Assembly (NCBI RefSeq): GCF_009914755.1
Contig: NC_060937.1
Length of the DNA: 64,000 bases
Reading direction: 5' to 3' (one strand)
Origin: the human T2T-CHM13v2.0 reference genome, Homo sapiens
Shown here: piece after piece, positions 1-12,371 of the stretch
How positions within the stretch are numbered: position 1 is the first letter of the stretch
Layout: every line of letters starts with the position of its first letter
Position numbers and translations under genes: made by a program
Notes under the pieces: model-generated
What the model was told of the DNA's origin: nothing
What the model saw: the letters and a program-made list of their open reading frames with translations, nothing else
Databases searched by the model: none

Positions 1-84
1 GGTAGGTCAAGGTGGCACACTACTTTAGTTGAGAAGATTCTAATGTGGTGGTCTCTGCCCTAGCAGGTTTAAAAGCCTAGTGTT

Positions 85-247
85 GCTGGGTACAGTGGCT
101 CACACCTATAACTTCAGCATTTTGGGAGACTGAGGAAGGAGGATGGCTTGAGGCCAGGAGTTCAAGGCTTTAGTAAGCTATGAAAGCACCACTGCACTCC
201 AGCCTGGATGAAAGAGTGAGCCTCGTCTCTTAAAAAAATAAAATAAA
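85..247 (+). mobile_element. Free Alu monomer (FLAM/FRAM-like)
   Basis: gctgggtacagtggctcacacctataa...gaggccaggagttcaagg...cactgcactccagcctgg followed by an A-rich tail; single monomer only. Confidence 0.85.
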
Positions 248-740
248 GGATAACTTAGTGCTGTGGGAGCTTCCTCAGGGTACAGACCACAGCTTGTTCA
301 GTCATATTCCCAGCAGAGGAGGAATGGAGTATGTGTCCAAGATATTTTGTTGAAGTAGAAAGACACATATCAAAAAGGGGGAAATATTAAATCTGAGGTC
401 CAGTTTAAAGAAAATATGAATAGGAAAGTGTGAAAACACAAGTTGTAAAGGGAAAATAATGAGGAGGTGAAATAGAGTATCCCAGAAATTATTGTTGCTT
501 TTGAGGAAAAAATACATTCAGAGAATGAACTGAGCTCCTTCTCGCCATGAAAATGAGATATGCCACCCTCAGGAGCCAGTGAGCAACTAGGGGTAGAGAG
601 AAAAGTTCCTTTAATAATCAGATTAAATCATGCTTTGGGGTTCAGGGAAATTGCTCATATTTTTTTTGTTGCTGCTCCAAAGAGATGTAGTCATTCTGAG
701 TAACAAATGAGAATCTGCCACACATATGTGCACATGTATA

Positions 741-770
741 CAAACACACACACACACACACATACACATA
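741..770. repeat. (CA)n microsatellite
   Basis: caaacacacacacacacacacatacacata. Confidence 0.9.
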
Positions 771-1557
771 TATCAGTGTTTTTAGTAGGATTTGATTTCA
801 GTGACAGGAAAAGGGATGGGGAGTTGGTGCAGACACATCCAATAATGTTCAGGCTCAGATAATCTTTGTGCATTCCTTGGCACCAACGCTTAGTGATCTC
901 CTATTGGCCAAAACTACAGAAACCAATAAGATGTGGGTGCTGAGGCACCGGATGCAGCAGAGGTGCCAGTAGTAGGAAGAAAAGCAGTAATTGGCTGTAC
1001 TGCCCTAGGGAAGGATTATCTTCTCCTGGGACTGGGGGTGGGGGCAGACAAAACTAATATGGCAAATGTTAGGGATTAGATTGAATGCATCAGGAGAAAT
1101 ACAAGGAGACAATGGACTTCATCTTGTAGCTCTGGGGATTCAAGGGTAAGGAAAATATGAAAAAAAAAATTTTTTTTTAAGAAAGAATACAGTAAAGAAG
1201 ATAGATTTTTATATCTATATTGTAAAAATCTGCTCTAAAAGATTTCTCATCAGTTTTTTCCAATATTTTTGCTAATTTCCCCAGATAATTAATACTTATT
1301 CCAATTCCACATTGTCTTGTCCGTAAGAAAACACCTTAGACTGGACAATTTATAAAGAACAAAAATTTATTTATTATAGTTCTGGAGGCAGGGAAGTACA
1401 AGATCAAGGCACTGGAATTGGTGTATGGTGAGGGCTGCTCTCTGCTTCCAGAATGCTGCCTTGTTGTATCCTTACATGGAGGAAGGTGGAAGGGCAAGAG
1501 TGCATCTCTTTCAACCTTGAGTCCTTTTGTAGAAGCGCTAATCCCACTCATAAGAGT

Positions 1558-2851
1558 TGTACTTGTCCATTCTCACATTGTTATAAAGAAATACCTAAGA
1601 CTGGGTAATTTAAAGACAAGAGGTTTAATTGGTTCTGCAGGCAGCACAGGAAGTATGGTGCTGGCATCTGCTCAGCTTCTGAGGAGGCCTCAGGAAGCTT
1701 ACAATCATGGCAGAAGGTGAAGGGGTAGCAGGCATGTCACATGACCAGAACAGAAGCAAGAGTGAGGGGGGAGATGCTACATGCCTTTAAACAACCAGAT
1801 CTCACAAGAACTCACTCACTATCATGAGGATAGTACCAAGGGGGATGGTGCTAACCATTCATCAGAAAACTGCCCCCATAATCCAGTCACCTCCCACCAG
1901 GCCCCACCTCCCACCTTGCAGATTACATTTTAATATAAGATTTGTACAAACTTAAACAAATTTACAAGAAAAAAATCAAACAACCCCATCAAAAAGTGGG
2001 TGAAGGATATGAACAGACACTTTTCAAAATAAGACATTTATGCAGCCAACAGACACAGGAAAAATGCTCATCATCACTGGCCATCAGAGAAAAGCAAATC
2101 AAAACCACAATGAGATACCATCTCACACCAGTTAGAATGGTGATCATTAAAAAAGGAAACAGGTGCTGGAGAGGATGTGGAGAAATAGGAACACTTTTAC
2201 ACTGTTGATGGGACTGTAAACTAGTTCAATCATTGTGCAAGACAGTGTGGCGATTCCTCAAGGATCTAGAACTAGAAATACCATTTGACCCAGCCATCCC
2301 ATTACTGGGTATATACCCAAAGGATTATAAATCATGCTGCTATAAAGACACACGTATGTTTATTGCGGCACTATTCACAATAGCAAAGACCTGGAACCAA
2401 CCCAATTGTCCATCAATGATAGACTGGATTAAGAAAATGTGGCACATATACACTATGGAATACTATGCAGCCATAAAAAAGGATGAGTTCATGTCCTTCA
2501 TAGGGACATGGATGAAGCTGGAAAACATCATTCTGAGCAAACTATCACAAGGACAGAAAACCAAACACCACATGTTCTCACTCATAGGTGGGAATTGAAC
2601 AATCAGAACACTTGAACACAGGGTGGAGAACATCACACACCAGGGCCTGTCATGGGGTGGGGGAAGGGGGCAGGGATAACATTAGGAGAAATACCTAATG
2701 TAAATGACGAGTTAATGGGTGTAGCACACCAACATGGCACGTGCATACATATGTAACAAACCTGCACATTGTGCACATGTACCCTAGAACTTGAAGTATA
2801 ATAAAAAAAAAAAAAAAGATTTGGGTGGAGACATACATTGAAACTATATCA
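1558..2851 (-). mobile_element. MSTA/MSTB solo LTR nested in the provirus 3' LTR
   Basis: tgtacttgtccattctcacattg...ggaggcctcaggaagcttacaatcatggcagaagg...aaactatatca; TSD agagt (1553-1557)/agggt (2852-2856); itself split by an L1. Confidence 0.88.
1945..2815 (+). mobile_element. 5'-truncated L1PA5/6-like LINE-1 (ORF2 C-terminus, 3'UTR, polyA)
   Basis: ORF 2233-2598 is the L1 ORF2 C-terminus (IPFDPAIPLLGIYPK...MFSLIGGN); polyA tail; TSD aagatttg (1937-1944/2816-2823). Confidence 0.95.
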
Positions 2852-5384
2852 AGGGTGGTGCCCTCACAACATAATCACCTCCCAAAGGCCACACCTCTTA
2901 ATACTGTTGTATTGGAGATTAAGTTTCTATTTGAATTTTGGAGAGAATACTATCATCCAAACCATGGCTTTCTGCCCCTGGTCTCCTAAAATTCATGTTC
3001 TTCTCACATACAAAATACATTCATTCCATCCCAATAGCTCGAAATATTCTTAACTCATTCCAGTATCAACTTTCAAGTTTGAGTCCAAAGTCTCATCTAA
3101 ATATCATCTAAATCTGATATGGGTGAGACTCAAGGCACAATGCAACCTAAGGCAAATATCTCTCCAGCTGTAAAATCAGCTTGTTTGTGAAATCAAGCAA
3201 GTATGCACTTCCAAAATATAATCGTGGCACAAACATACGATAGGCATTCCCATTCCACAAGAGAAAACTAGGCAAGCATAAAGGGGTAACAGGTCTCAAG
3301 GAGGTCCAAAACCCAACAGGGAAAATAACATTAAATCTTAAAGCTTGAGAATAATCTTCTTTGACTCCATGTCCCACTTTTCAGACATACTGGGGCAGGA
3401 GTTGCATTCCCAAGAGTCCAGGGTACCCTGCCCAATGGCTTTTCTGGACACAGCCCACACTGCAACTCTAACAGGTTTGAGTCAGAGGCCTACAGCTCTC
3501 CCAAGCTGGCATTGCACACAGGTGGCTTTTCAGGCCTGGGGTCTCAGGGATGGCCCTGCTCCAGTGGCTCCACTAGGCATTGCCCTAAGTTGGGGCTCTC
3601 TGCAGTGGCCCTGACCCTAGGGCTCTGCTGGGCACTGCCCTAATTGGAGCTCTCTGTGGTAGCCCCACTCCTGCAGCAGGTCCAAAGCGTGGGCCTCAAG
3701 GTTCTCTGAGGCACCTTTGAAATCTAGGTGCAGGTAGTCATGCTCCCTCAGCTAATGCACTCTGTACACCTGCAGAGTTAGCACCTTACAAACACCATCA
3801 AGGTTTATGGCCTGTATCTTCTGAAGCAGGGACCCAAGCCCCACTGAGGCGCATTTGAGGCACAGCTAGTGACACTAAGGAATGCTGCTTTGAAATTCAG
3901 GGAGCAGAAACTTGAGAAGGCCCTGAGCAGTGAGCTCTGAGGTCCCTCTCTTGAAATCATTCTGCACTCTGGGCCTGTAATGGGAGTGGCAGCCTAGAAC
4001 AACTCCAAAATGCCTCTGGAGTCATTCTTCCATTGTCTTAATGACTAGCACCTGACTTCCACCTATTTATACTAATCTTCTTTTCAAGTGTAGCTTTGTC
4101 ACACCCTTGGTATTCTCTCCCAAACTCAGTTTGTCATTCTTTATATGGCCAGGCTAAGAATTTTTCAACTCTTTAAATTCTGCTTCTCTTTTGACTATAA
4201 CTTCTGTCTTTCATTATTTTCTCTCTTTTCAAATTTCACTATAAGCAGCTGAGAAAAGCCATGTGGCACCCTGAACACTTTGCTTAGAGATTTCTTCTGC
4301 CAAATATCCTAGTTTATTGCTCTTAAGTTCTGCCTTCTACAGAGCATTAGGACATGGACATAATGCAGCCAAATTCTTTGCCACTTCATAACAAGGATGG
4401 CCTTTCTTCCAGTTTTCAATAAGATATTCCTCATTTCCATCTAAAATCTCATTAGAATGATCTTTACTTTCCATCTTTCTACCAGCATTCTGATCATAAC
4501 CACTCAGATCATCTTAAGAAGATTCAGGCTCTGTTTACAGCTCTCCTCATCTTCTGAGCTCTCACCAGAATTACCATGGCAATGTAGGCTTTTTCTAGCC
4601 TCCACCGCTACAATCTTCCAGCATCCACCCATTACCCAGTTTCTTGGTATAAATTTGTTTGGCCTGCTATAACAAAATACTCTGTGTAGTTTATGAAGAA
4701 TAGAAATGTGTATCTTACAATTCTGGAGGCTGTGAAGTCCAAAATCAAGGTTCCAGCAGGTCTAGTGTCTGGTGAACACTGTTTCCAAGATGGTGCCTTA
4801 TTACTGTATCCTCACATGATGGAAGGCAGAAGACCAAGAGAACACTTCCTTCAACCTTGAACGCTTTTATAAGGGTGCTCATTCCATTTATGTAGGCAGA
4901 GCCCTCATGACTTAATGACCTTGCAAAGGCCACATCTCTTTTTGTTGCATTGGGAATTAAGTTTCAACATGAGTTTTGGAGAGGACACAATCATTGAAAT
5001 CATAACACACAAGCTCAAAGATGTGTTATGTAGGCACTGATGATAAAGCCTAGAGACTGTAATGATCCTGGGCATTTGAAATTGCTGAGAGATACATAAT
5101 AGGAATATGAAGAAATAGGTAAGAAATAAACTTTTTTTCCCATAGCTCACAGGCAATACATCCTCATTATAAAGAAAAAAAGATTTGCATGATCAGCATG
5201 AAAGAAGAAATCATGAATTGCACTTAGCTAGGACAGAACGTAAGATTACCCTGCATTTAAAAACCGGAAAATCGGCACACACTGGAAATCCTTATTTGAG
5301 CCTGATGATGTGATAATAAACTAGAGCTGTTTTAACCACTTTTTGTCTTTGTTTTGTTTTCTATAAGACAATTTGCCTCTTGGC

Positions 5385-6655
5385 CTGTACCATTCCACCA
5401 AAACTACCCTTCAGAGGTCACTAGTATCTTCCTCAGCACTGCCAAATCCAATAAACTTTTTCTAGTTCTCGCCTTGATTGACCTAATTCAGCACTGTTGA
5501 CGACTCTCACTGCAAAGCTATCCTTTCACAAGCCTCCCTCTTCTGCTTCTCTAACATTTTCGACAGATTGTTTTTTGTGTGTTTTAAATCACCTCTTATA
5601 AAGACTCTCATCCCATGCCTTCACTACAGGGGAACCTCAGGGTTTTGTCCTCAGCCATATGTATTTTGTTTTAATCTAAACTCCTCATGCCCCAAACTAT
5701 AGCACTGGCTGTTCCAGCACACCATGAACAGGAGGTTCTGCCCTCTATGCTTTTGTTCATGCTTCCTCCTTTGCCTGTAACATCCTTTCCTCTCCCTTCT
5801 TTTCTGTCTATGGAAACCACTTCCTTCAATATCTAGTCAAGTGTTACCTCATTGGTGAAAGTGTTCCCTGATTTGCTGTCTCAGTTAGCATTTTTTGCAA
5901 AAATCACTCCAAAATGTAGTGGTTTAAAACAGCAACCATTTATTTAACTCATATTTGATGGGTTAGAAATTTAAGCTGAGCTCAACTAGGCAGCTCTTCT
6001 GTTTCCTGCAGTCTCAGCTGGGATTTTTTGTGTGTCTGTGCTTAGCTACTGACAGGCTAGTGTTGGAGATTCTTAGCCAGGAGACCTGGCCTCTGCTCCA
6101 CATGGTCTCTCATCCTCCAGCAAGCTATCCCAGGCTTGCTCACATGGTGGCAGCAGGGTTCCCACAACAAGAGAGGAAGTACATAATAGCTCTTTAGGCC
6201 TAAACTCAGAACTGGTACACTGTCACTTCTGATCCATTCCATTGGCCAAAACAAGTCACAAGGCCAGCCCAAATTCAAGGGGTACAGAAATAGATTCCAT
6301 GTCTGCATGGGAAATTACAAGGGCATGGACACAGGAAGGGGATAAATTTGTAACCAGTTTTTGCAACATACCACACTCCCTTATACAAAAGGAACACTAA
6401 TCACTCTCTTCCCATGCAATATTGTTCAAATCCCAAGTGCAATATTATGTTATTCACTTAGCTGTACTCCTTTTAAAGAAAAAATATCCTAGTGGACTAC
6501 TACTGTGCCATCTACATTTCCCTATAGTTGGAGTTGGAATAGAGAAGCCATATTTTATTTATCTTTGTATACGTATAGCTCCTAGCGCAAGGTTTGATAC
6601 CAAGTAAGTGTTCAATGTATACTTACTAAATGCTGATTAAAATAAATGGATGACT
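5385..6655 (+). mobile_element. Degraded L2 split by an MLT1 LTR
   Basis: L2-like ccattccaccaaaactacccttcagaggtcacta...gccaaatcca; L2 3' end (gtgttcaatgtatacttactaaatg) near 6610. Confidence 0.6.
5877..6375 (-). mobile_element. MLT1G/H-like solo LTR
   Basis: tg...ca ends; tggtttaaaacagcaaccatttatt; attggccaaaacaagtcacaaggccagcccaaattcaagggg. Confidence 0.78.
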
Positions 6656-6869
6656 TTTTTATCCAAAAATGGTTTCTGTAATTAACTGTAATTGTTTTTG
6701 CAGAGTTAATGGTGGTCAGTCTTTTTATCAAAGATTTAAAAACAATGGTAAATACTTCTTAATTTCATGTTCCCAGATTTCTTGAAGTTTACAACTTTGT
6801 CTTTACAAAAGTGCTTCTCAGATTTTAAAAAGTCTAGAATCCTTTTATGTTTTGTTTTGTTTTGTTTGA

Positions 6870-7585
<716 letters not shown>

Positions 7586-10158
7586 ACTGGGACTACAGGT
7601 GCATGCCACCACGTCCAGCTAATTTTTGTATTTTTTTTTTTAGTAGAGATGGGGTTTCACCATATGTTGGCCCAGCTGGTCTCAAACTCCTGACCTCAAG
7701 TGATCTGCCCACCTCGGCCTCCCAAAGTGCTGGGATTACAGGTGTGAGCCACTGCACCCGGCCTAAACTCCTTTTAAAGAAAAAATATCCTAGTGGACTA
7801 CTGTCATGTTGACATAAATTACTGATCTTATGCTACTCAACATGTACAAACATAAAATTTGATATAACTCTTGTAACTCTTAAATAACTATAAAAAACCA
7901 ATATAAAAACTGCAAAGCCAATAGAATTCCAATTAACATTAATTTAATGTGACACATAATCTTGATTTGCTAAAATTAAATCACTGCTTACAACAAGAAC
8001 AGGGATTGATTTGTTATTGTGCAGGTTCATTTGAGTTGGTATGCCTATAATAAATATTGTAGGGGCATGCCCCTGTGTTCATAATCTCAGGTGTACCTGA
8101 AAATCATTTTCTTCATTACTTCAGTTTCTCAATTTAATTTCTCTTTTTAGCTGTCATCTGCCATGACAGTTGAAACTTAATCTCAGTCAGTTGAGGGTTT
8201 GTCTTGCTTCTCTCCATGACTGCACTTAAGTTCTGTTGTTCTTAGATGGTACCAAAGTGTATTGAGTTGGGAGAGGGATGTATAGTAGGAGAAAGGGTGG
8301 TGGAACAGAGAAGGTCACAGTCTGATCTTCAAATCCTCCACCCACACCAGTGCTTGTGGAGAAACCCATTGTCAACATATGCTAGTTACCATGAAGAATT
8401 CCCTCATTTCTATCCATTGCACTCCTTCAGTTTCCCAGTGCTCTCTTCTCATGTCTACGCCTAGCTGAGGCACAGAAATGTGCATCACACGGTCAATCAT
8501 TCCATCTTCCCAGACATACTCAATAGCCATAATCCATGTGGGTTTTGCCACCTCCAGAGGACTCTCTAACCCTAGAAGCCAAGTCCAGATATCCTCTACT
8601 CTTGGGTTCCCCAAATATATGTTAAGATTTATCATTCCCTACACAGTCTGTATAGGAATCAAGATGCACAGGAAAGTTGAAGGATGATAGGGCTCTTCTA
8701 GCCTGTCTGCTAAAAACTGTATAGATGAAAACAATTGTTTAATATTTTAAAAATATTGAGTCACATTGCCATTTGCTGTTTGACAACTTAGTTATCCCTT
8801 CACTTTTATCTACTCAAACTTCTACTCTAGCACACCGTGGCATCATTCAGCTGTCACTTGGCATTAACATTCATATTCATATACAATCTGCCTATTTTTC
8901 TCACGAACACATAGCAAACTCGGGCACTGAAATCAAGTGGAAATATTCTACCATATTTCCATAAAAATAATGCAGACATATAAATAATCTAGAATATTCA
9001 TTTGTTGAAGAGGAGGGATGGCGTGAGTTTGGATTCCAAATGAAAATATATTATCTGAAAAATTTTATAAAGAACTCTCAGGGGTCTAAGAATACATGTT
9101 TTAGTCTCAGGAGGCTGGGAACTCCACTTTGAAAAAACATAGAATTACAACAACCTTCTCTTTTTTCAACCCACTTTCATGAAAAGAGATAAGTTCAAGA
9201 CTGGTAAGTGGTTTTTAGTTTGATTATCTTTTAGTTTTACTTTCAGATGACATTTTGTGGACATATATTACATCATCAGTGAGACACTTCCAGTTATCCC
9301 TGCCATATGTCTTACTTCAGGGAAAGACCATTCTTAGTTTCTGCAAACCTACCCAGTGTTATTGCCTGTTTCCTGACCTCTGCCTGGAAAGCATAGTGTT
9401 TGATCCTTTTCTCCATGCAGTGCAAATTCTTATTAATTTTAGCATTTTACTTTTTTCTGCTATTATTCCTCAGTTTTTGTCAAACTCATTTTTACCTTCT
9501 GTCCATAAATTGCATTTGTTTAGCCCAGGTTTCTCTTCTCCACAATTAGAAATTTTGGTTAAAGAGTCTGGGAATCATATGGCCAATATGCACAAAGGTG
9601 AACTTGTGATTAACGCCCTCTGGTGTATAAAAGGGAAAATATATAACATTAATTAAAGCTTTGAGAAAACTTCAGAAAACTTTGCTAAGTGTCTTTAATC
9701 TAATTCTGCCATTTAATTAATGAAAATCTATTGCCCTAGGTGCTGATATGGTATGTAAGATAATCAAGGAGTAAAACAATGTTTGCTGTTTATCTTATCT
9801 GTGTACTGCAAGCACTGGAATCTTGGCAAGTTATTTGTTGGATTCTGGTCTTTCAGATATCCTTTGATAACAATGCCAAAAGGTAGGTACTTTTTAACTT
9901 GAGTGTTCTTAAAGATAACAGAAAAACTTAGTTTCGGATTACTTCCCTCCTACCCTTGGTACATCTTTAAGCACCAAGTATATGTTTAATAAGTATTTCT
10001 ACATATTAAGGCAGTGAACTGCCAAATATTGAAAAAGGCACTCCTGGCTTTCAAGGAGTTCATAGTATAATAAACTAGTAGGCAATGCAAAAGTTATTTA
10101 TTCATTAATTTACTAAATACACATACTCTTACACACAAACATACATGCACTCGCGCAC

Positions 10159-10566
10159 TGATATGGTTTGGATCTGTGTTCCCGCACAAATCTCATGTCA
10201 AATTTAATATCTGATGTTAGAGGTAGGACCTAGGGGTAGCTGAGTAGATCATGGGTGCAGTTTCTAATGGTTTAGCACTACCCTCCTTGGTGCTGTCATT
10301 GCAATAGTGAGATCTGGCTGTTTGGAAGTGTTAGCACCTACTCCCTCTATCTCTTGCTCCTACTCTGTCTATGTAAGATGTGCCTGTTTCCCCTTGGCCT
10401 TCCATCACGATTTTAAGTTTCCTGAGAACTCCCAAGAAGCTGTGCAGATGCCAGCATCATGTTTCATATACAGCCGGCAGAACCTTGAGCGAATTAAACC
10501 CTTTTTCTTTATACATTACCCAATCTCGGGCATTTCTTTATAACAATGCAAGAATGGACTAATACA
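10159..10566 (+). mobile_element. MSTA-like solo LTR
   Basis: tgatatggtttggatctgtg...aatggactaataca; perfect TSD cgcac (10154-10158/10567-10571). Confidence 0.92.
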
Positions 10567-10574
10567 CGCACACA

Positions 10575-10755
10575 GCATTTACAATATGTTAGTCAGTATT
10601 CTAAACCCTTTAAAAATAATTTAAGTCTCATAACAATCCTATATGGTAATTACTATTATCTCCATCTTGGTGAAGTGGTTTATTCAAGGTCATACCATTA
10701 TTAGTGGAGGAGTTGGATTTGAACCCAGAGAATCTAGCTCCAGAACACTTGCCAC
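10575..10755 (-). mobile_element. MIR
   Basis: ctcataacaatcctat...caaggtcatac...ggatttgaacccag. Confidence 0.7.
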
Positions 10756-11029
10756 ATACGCTGCCTCCAATGTTTCCCCGAAGTGTATTTTTACAAAAAG
10801 TGTTCAATGGAAAGAGTAATTTTAGGAAACATTTCATCCTATCTAGCATATTAAGAAGTCCAACTAAAGGAAACTGTATAGCTTTACTTAAACTGAATAT
10901 CCAAATGTATTTAATTTCAATTTATGAAGACCTCTCAACAGGTAAGAAAATAATCAGAACTAATATTTTCTGAGAGTATCCCATGTGCCAGGAGCTGAAA
11001 AGCATTATACTACATTCAGCTAGAGATGG

Positions 11030-11620
11030 ATAATCTCTACAGCCGGAATGCTTTGGTTCAAACCCCAGTGCTAAGGTACTGTTAGATAGTCTAGGTTAGA
11101 CTCTGTTGTGCTAACAAATAAATCCTGAAACAAAGTTTAATGTAGATGTATCTGATGAAGAGGTTGTCTAGCAGTTCTCTTCTAAGCAATGACCTAAGAC
11201 CTAGGATTTTATTTTTTAAGTCTTGCAGCTCCACCATCATCAAAAAATGACTTCAATGTTGCCAGAGAAAAAGAAAGAGGGAAAGCAACAGTTTGTGTGT
11301 TTTATAGCCAGGCCTGGATATAATATACATTATTTCTGCCCACTTTTTTATTAGACCAAAATCAATCATACAGCCTCTGCCTATCCACAGCGTGGACTAG
11401 GAAATGTAGCCTTTCCGTATACTCAGGAAAGTGGTAACTGGTTTTAGTGAACACATAACACTGTCTCTGCCACACAATTTGCTAGCCATGTAACTTTGGG
11501 CAAGTTACTGAACTCCTTTGTGCTTCAGTTTCCTTGTCTATAAAATGGGAATGTTATCTCACTGGATTGTTATAAGGGTTAACTGAGCTACTATCTTTAA
11601 TCATTTAGAATTGCATATTA
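11030..11620 (+). mobile_element. MIR split by an MLT1J/K-like LTR (~11080-11474, minus strand)
   Basis: MIR 5' ggttcaaacccc; MIR core gggcaagttact...cagtttccttgtctataaaatggg after ctgccaca; LTR-like ggactaggaaatgtag in between. Confidence 0.6.
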
Positions 11621-11754
11621 ATTTGGGACATTGATACATGTGTTCAATCACATATAATCCTAACTCAAAGGCAAATATTACTATCTCTACTTTTAGACAT
11701 GGGGAAAGAGAGCTTCAGAGACAATAGGTGACTTGCCTACAATTAATCAGTTGC

Positions 11755-12371
11755 TATATTAGTCAGAGTTCTCCAGGAAAAGCCAATAGCATATAGAGGA
11801 AGAGATTTAGAAAGAATTCTCCGCCGGGCACGGTGGCTCACGCCTGTAATCCCAGCACTTTGGGAGGCCAAGGCGGGCAGATCACGAGGTCAGGAGATCG
11901 AGACCATCCTGGCTAACACGGTGAAAGACCATCCTGGCTAACACGGTGAAACCCCGTCTCTATCAAAAATACAAAAAATTAGCTGGGCATGGTGGCGGGC
12001 GCCTGTAGTCCCAGCTACTCAGGAGCCTGAGGCAGGAGAATGGCGTGAACCCGGCAGGGGGAGCTTGCGGTGAGCCAAAATTGCGCCACTGCACTCTAGC
12101 CTCGGTGACAGAGCAAGACCCCATCTCAAAAAAAAAAAAAACAAAAAACAAAAAAGAATTCTCTCTTACTCAGGAAAGCATCAATCCTTTTGTTCTACAC
12201 AGGCTTTCAACTAACTGGATGAGGCCCACCTACATTATGGAGAGCAAACTTTACCAACTAAAATGTTGATCTCATCCAAAAACCTTTGCCTAATCATCCC
12301 GAATATTATTTGATCAAATATCTGGGCACCTTGTGACCCAGATAATTTGACATATAAAATTAACCATCGCA
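11755..12371 (-). mobile_element. MLT2 (ERVL) solo LTR, internally deleted, split by AluY
   Basis: tatattagtcagagttctccag...ggatgaggcccacctacattatggagagc...aaattaaccatcgca; TSD gttgc (11750-11754/12372-12376). Confidence 0.85.
11822..12152 (+). mobile_element. AluY with an internal 25-bp tandem duplication
   Basis: AluY diagnostics gatcacgaggtcaggagatcgagaccatcctggctaacacgg and gaatggcgtgaacccgg; TSD aaagaattctc (11811-11821/12153-12163). Confidence 0.95.

Larger units (their letters stand above)
1313..5007 (-). mobile_element. Complete MaLR provirus (MSTC/MSTD/MLT1A-like LTR - internal - LTR)
   Basis: 3' LTR in two pieces (1313-1557, 2852-2969), internal region ~2970-4654 with PPT-like ttctgcccctgg at 2970, 5' LTR ~4655-5007; 5-bp TSD cacat (1308-1312)/cacaa (5008-5012). 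Confidence 0.88.

Noticed and set aside
3147-3614. ORFs within the provirus interior as retroviral genes
   Set aside because: Degraded MaLR internal sequence with no pol/env motifs and fragmented frames.
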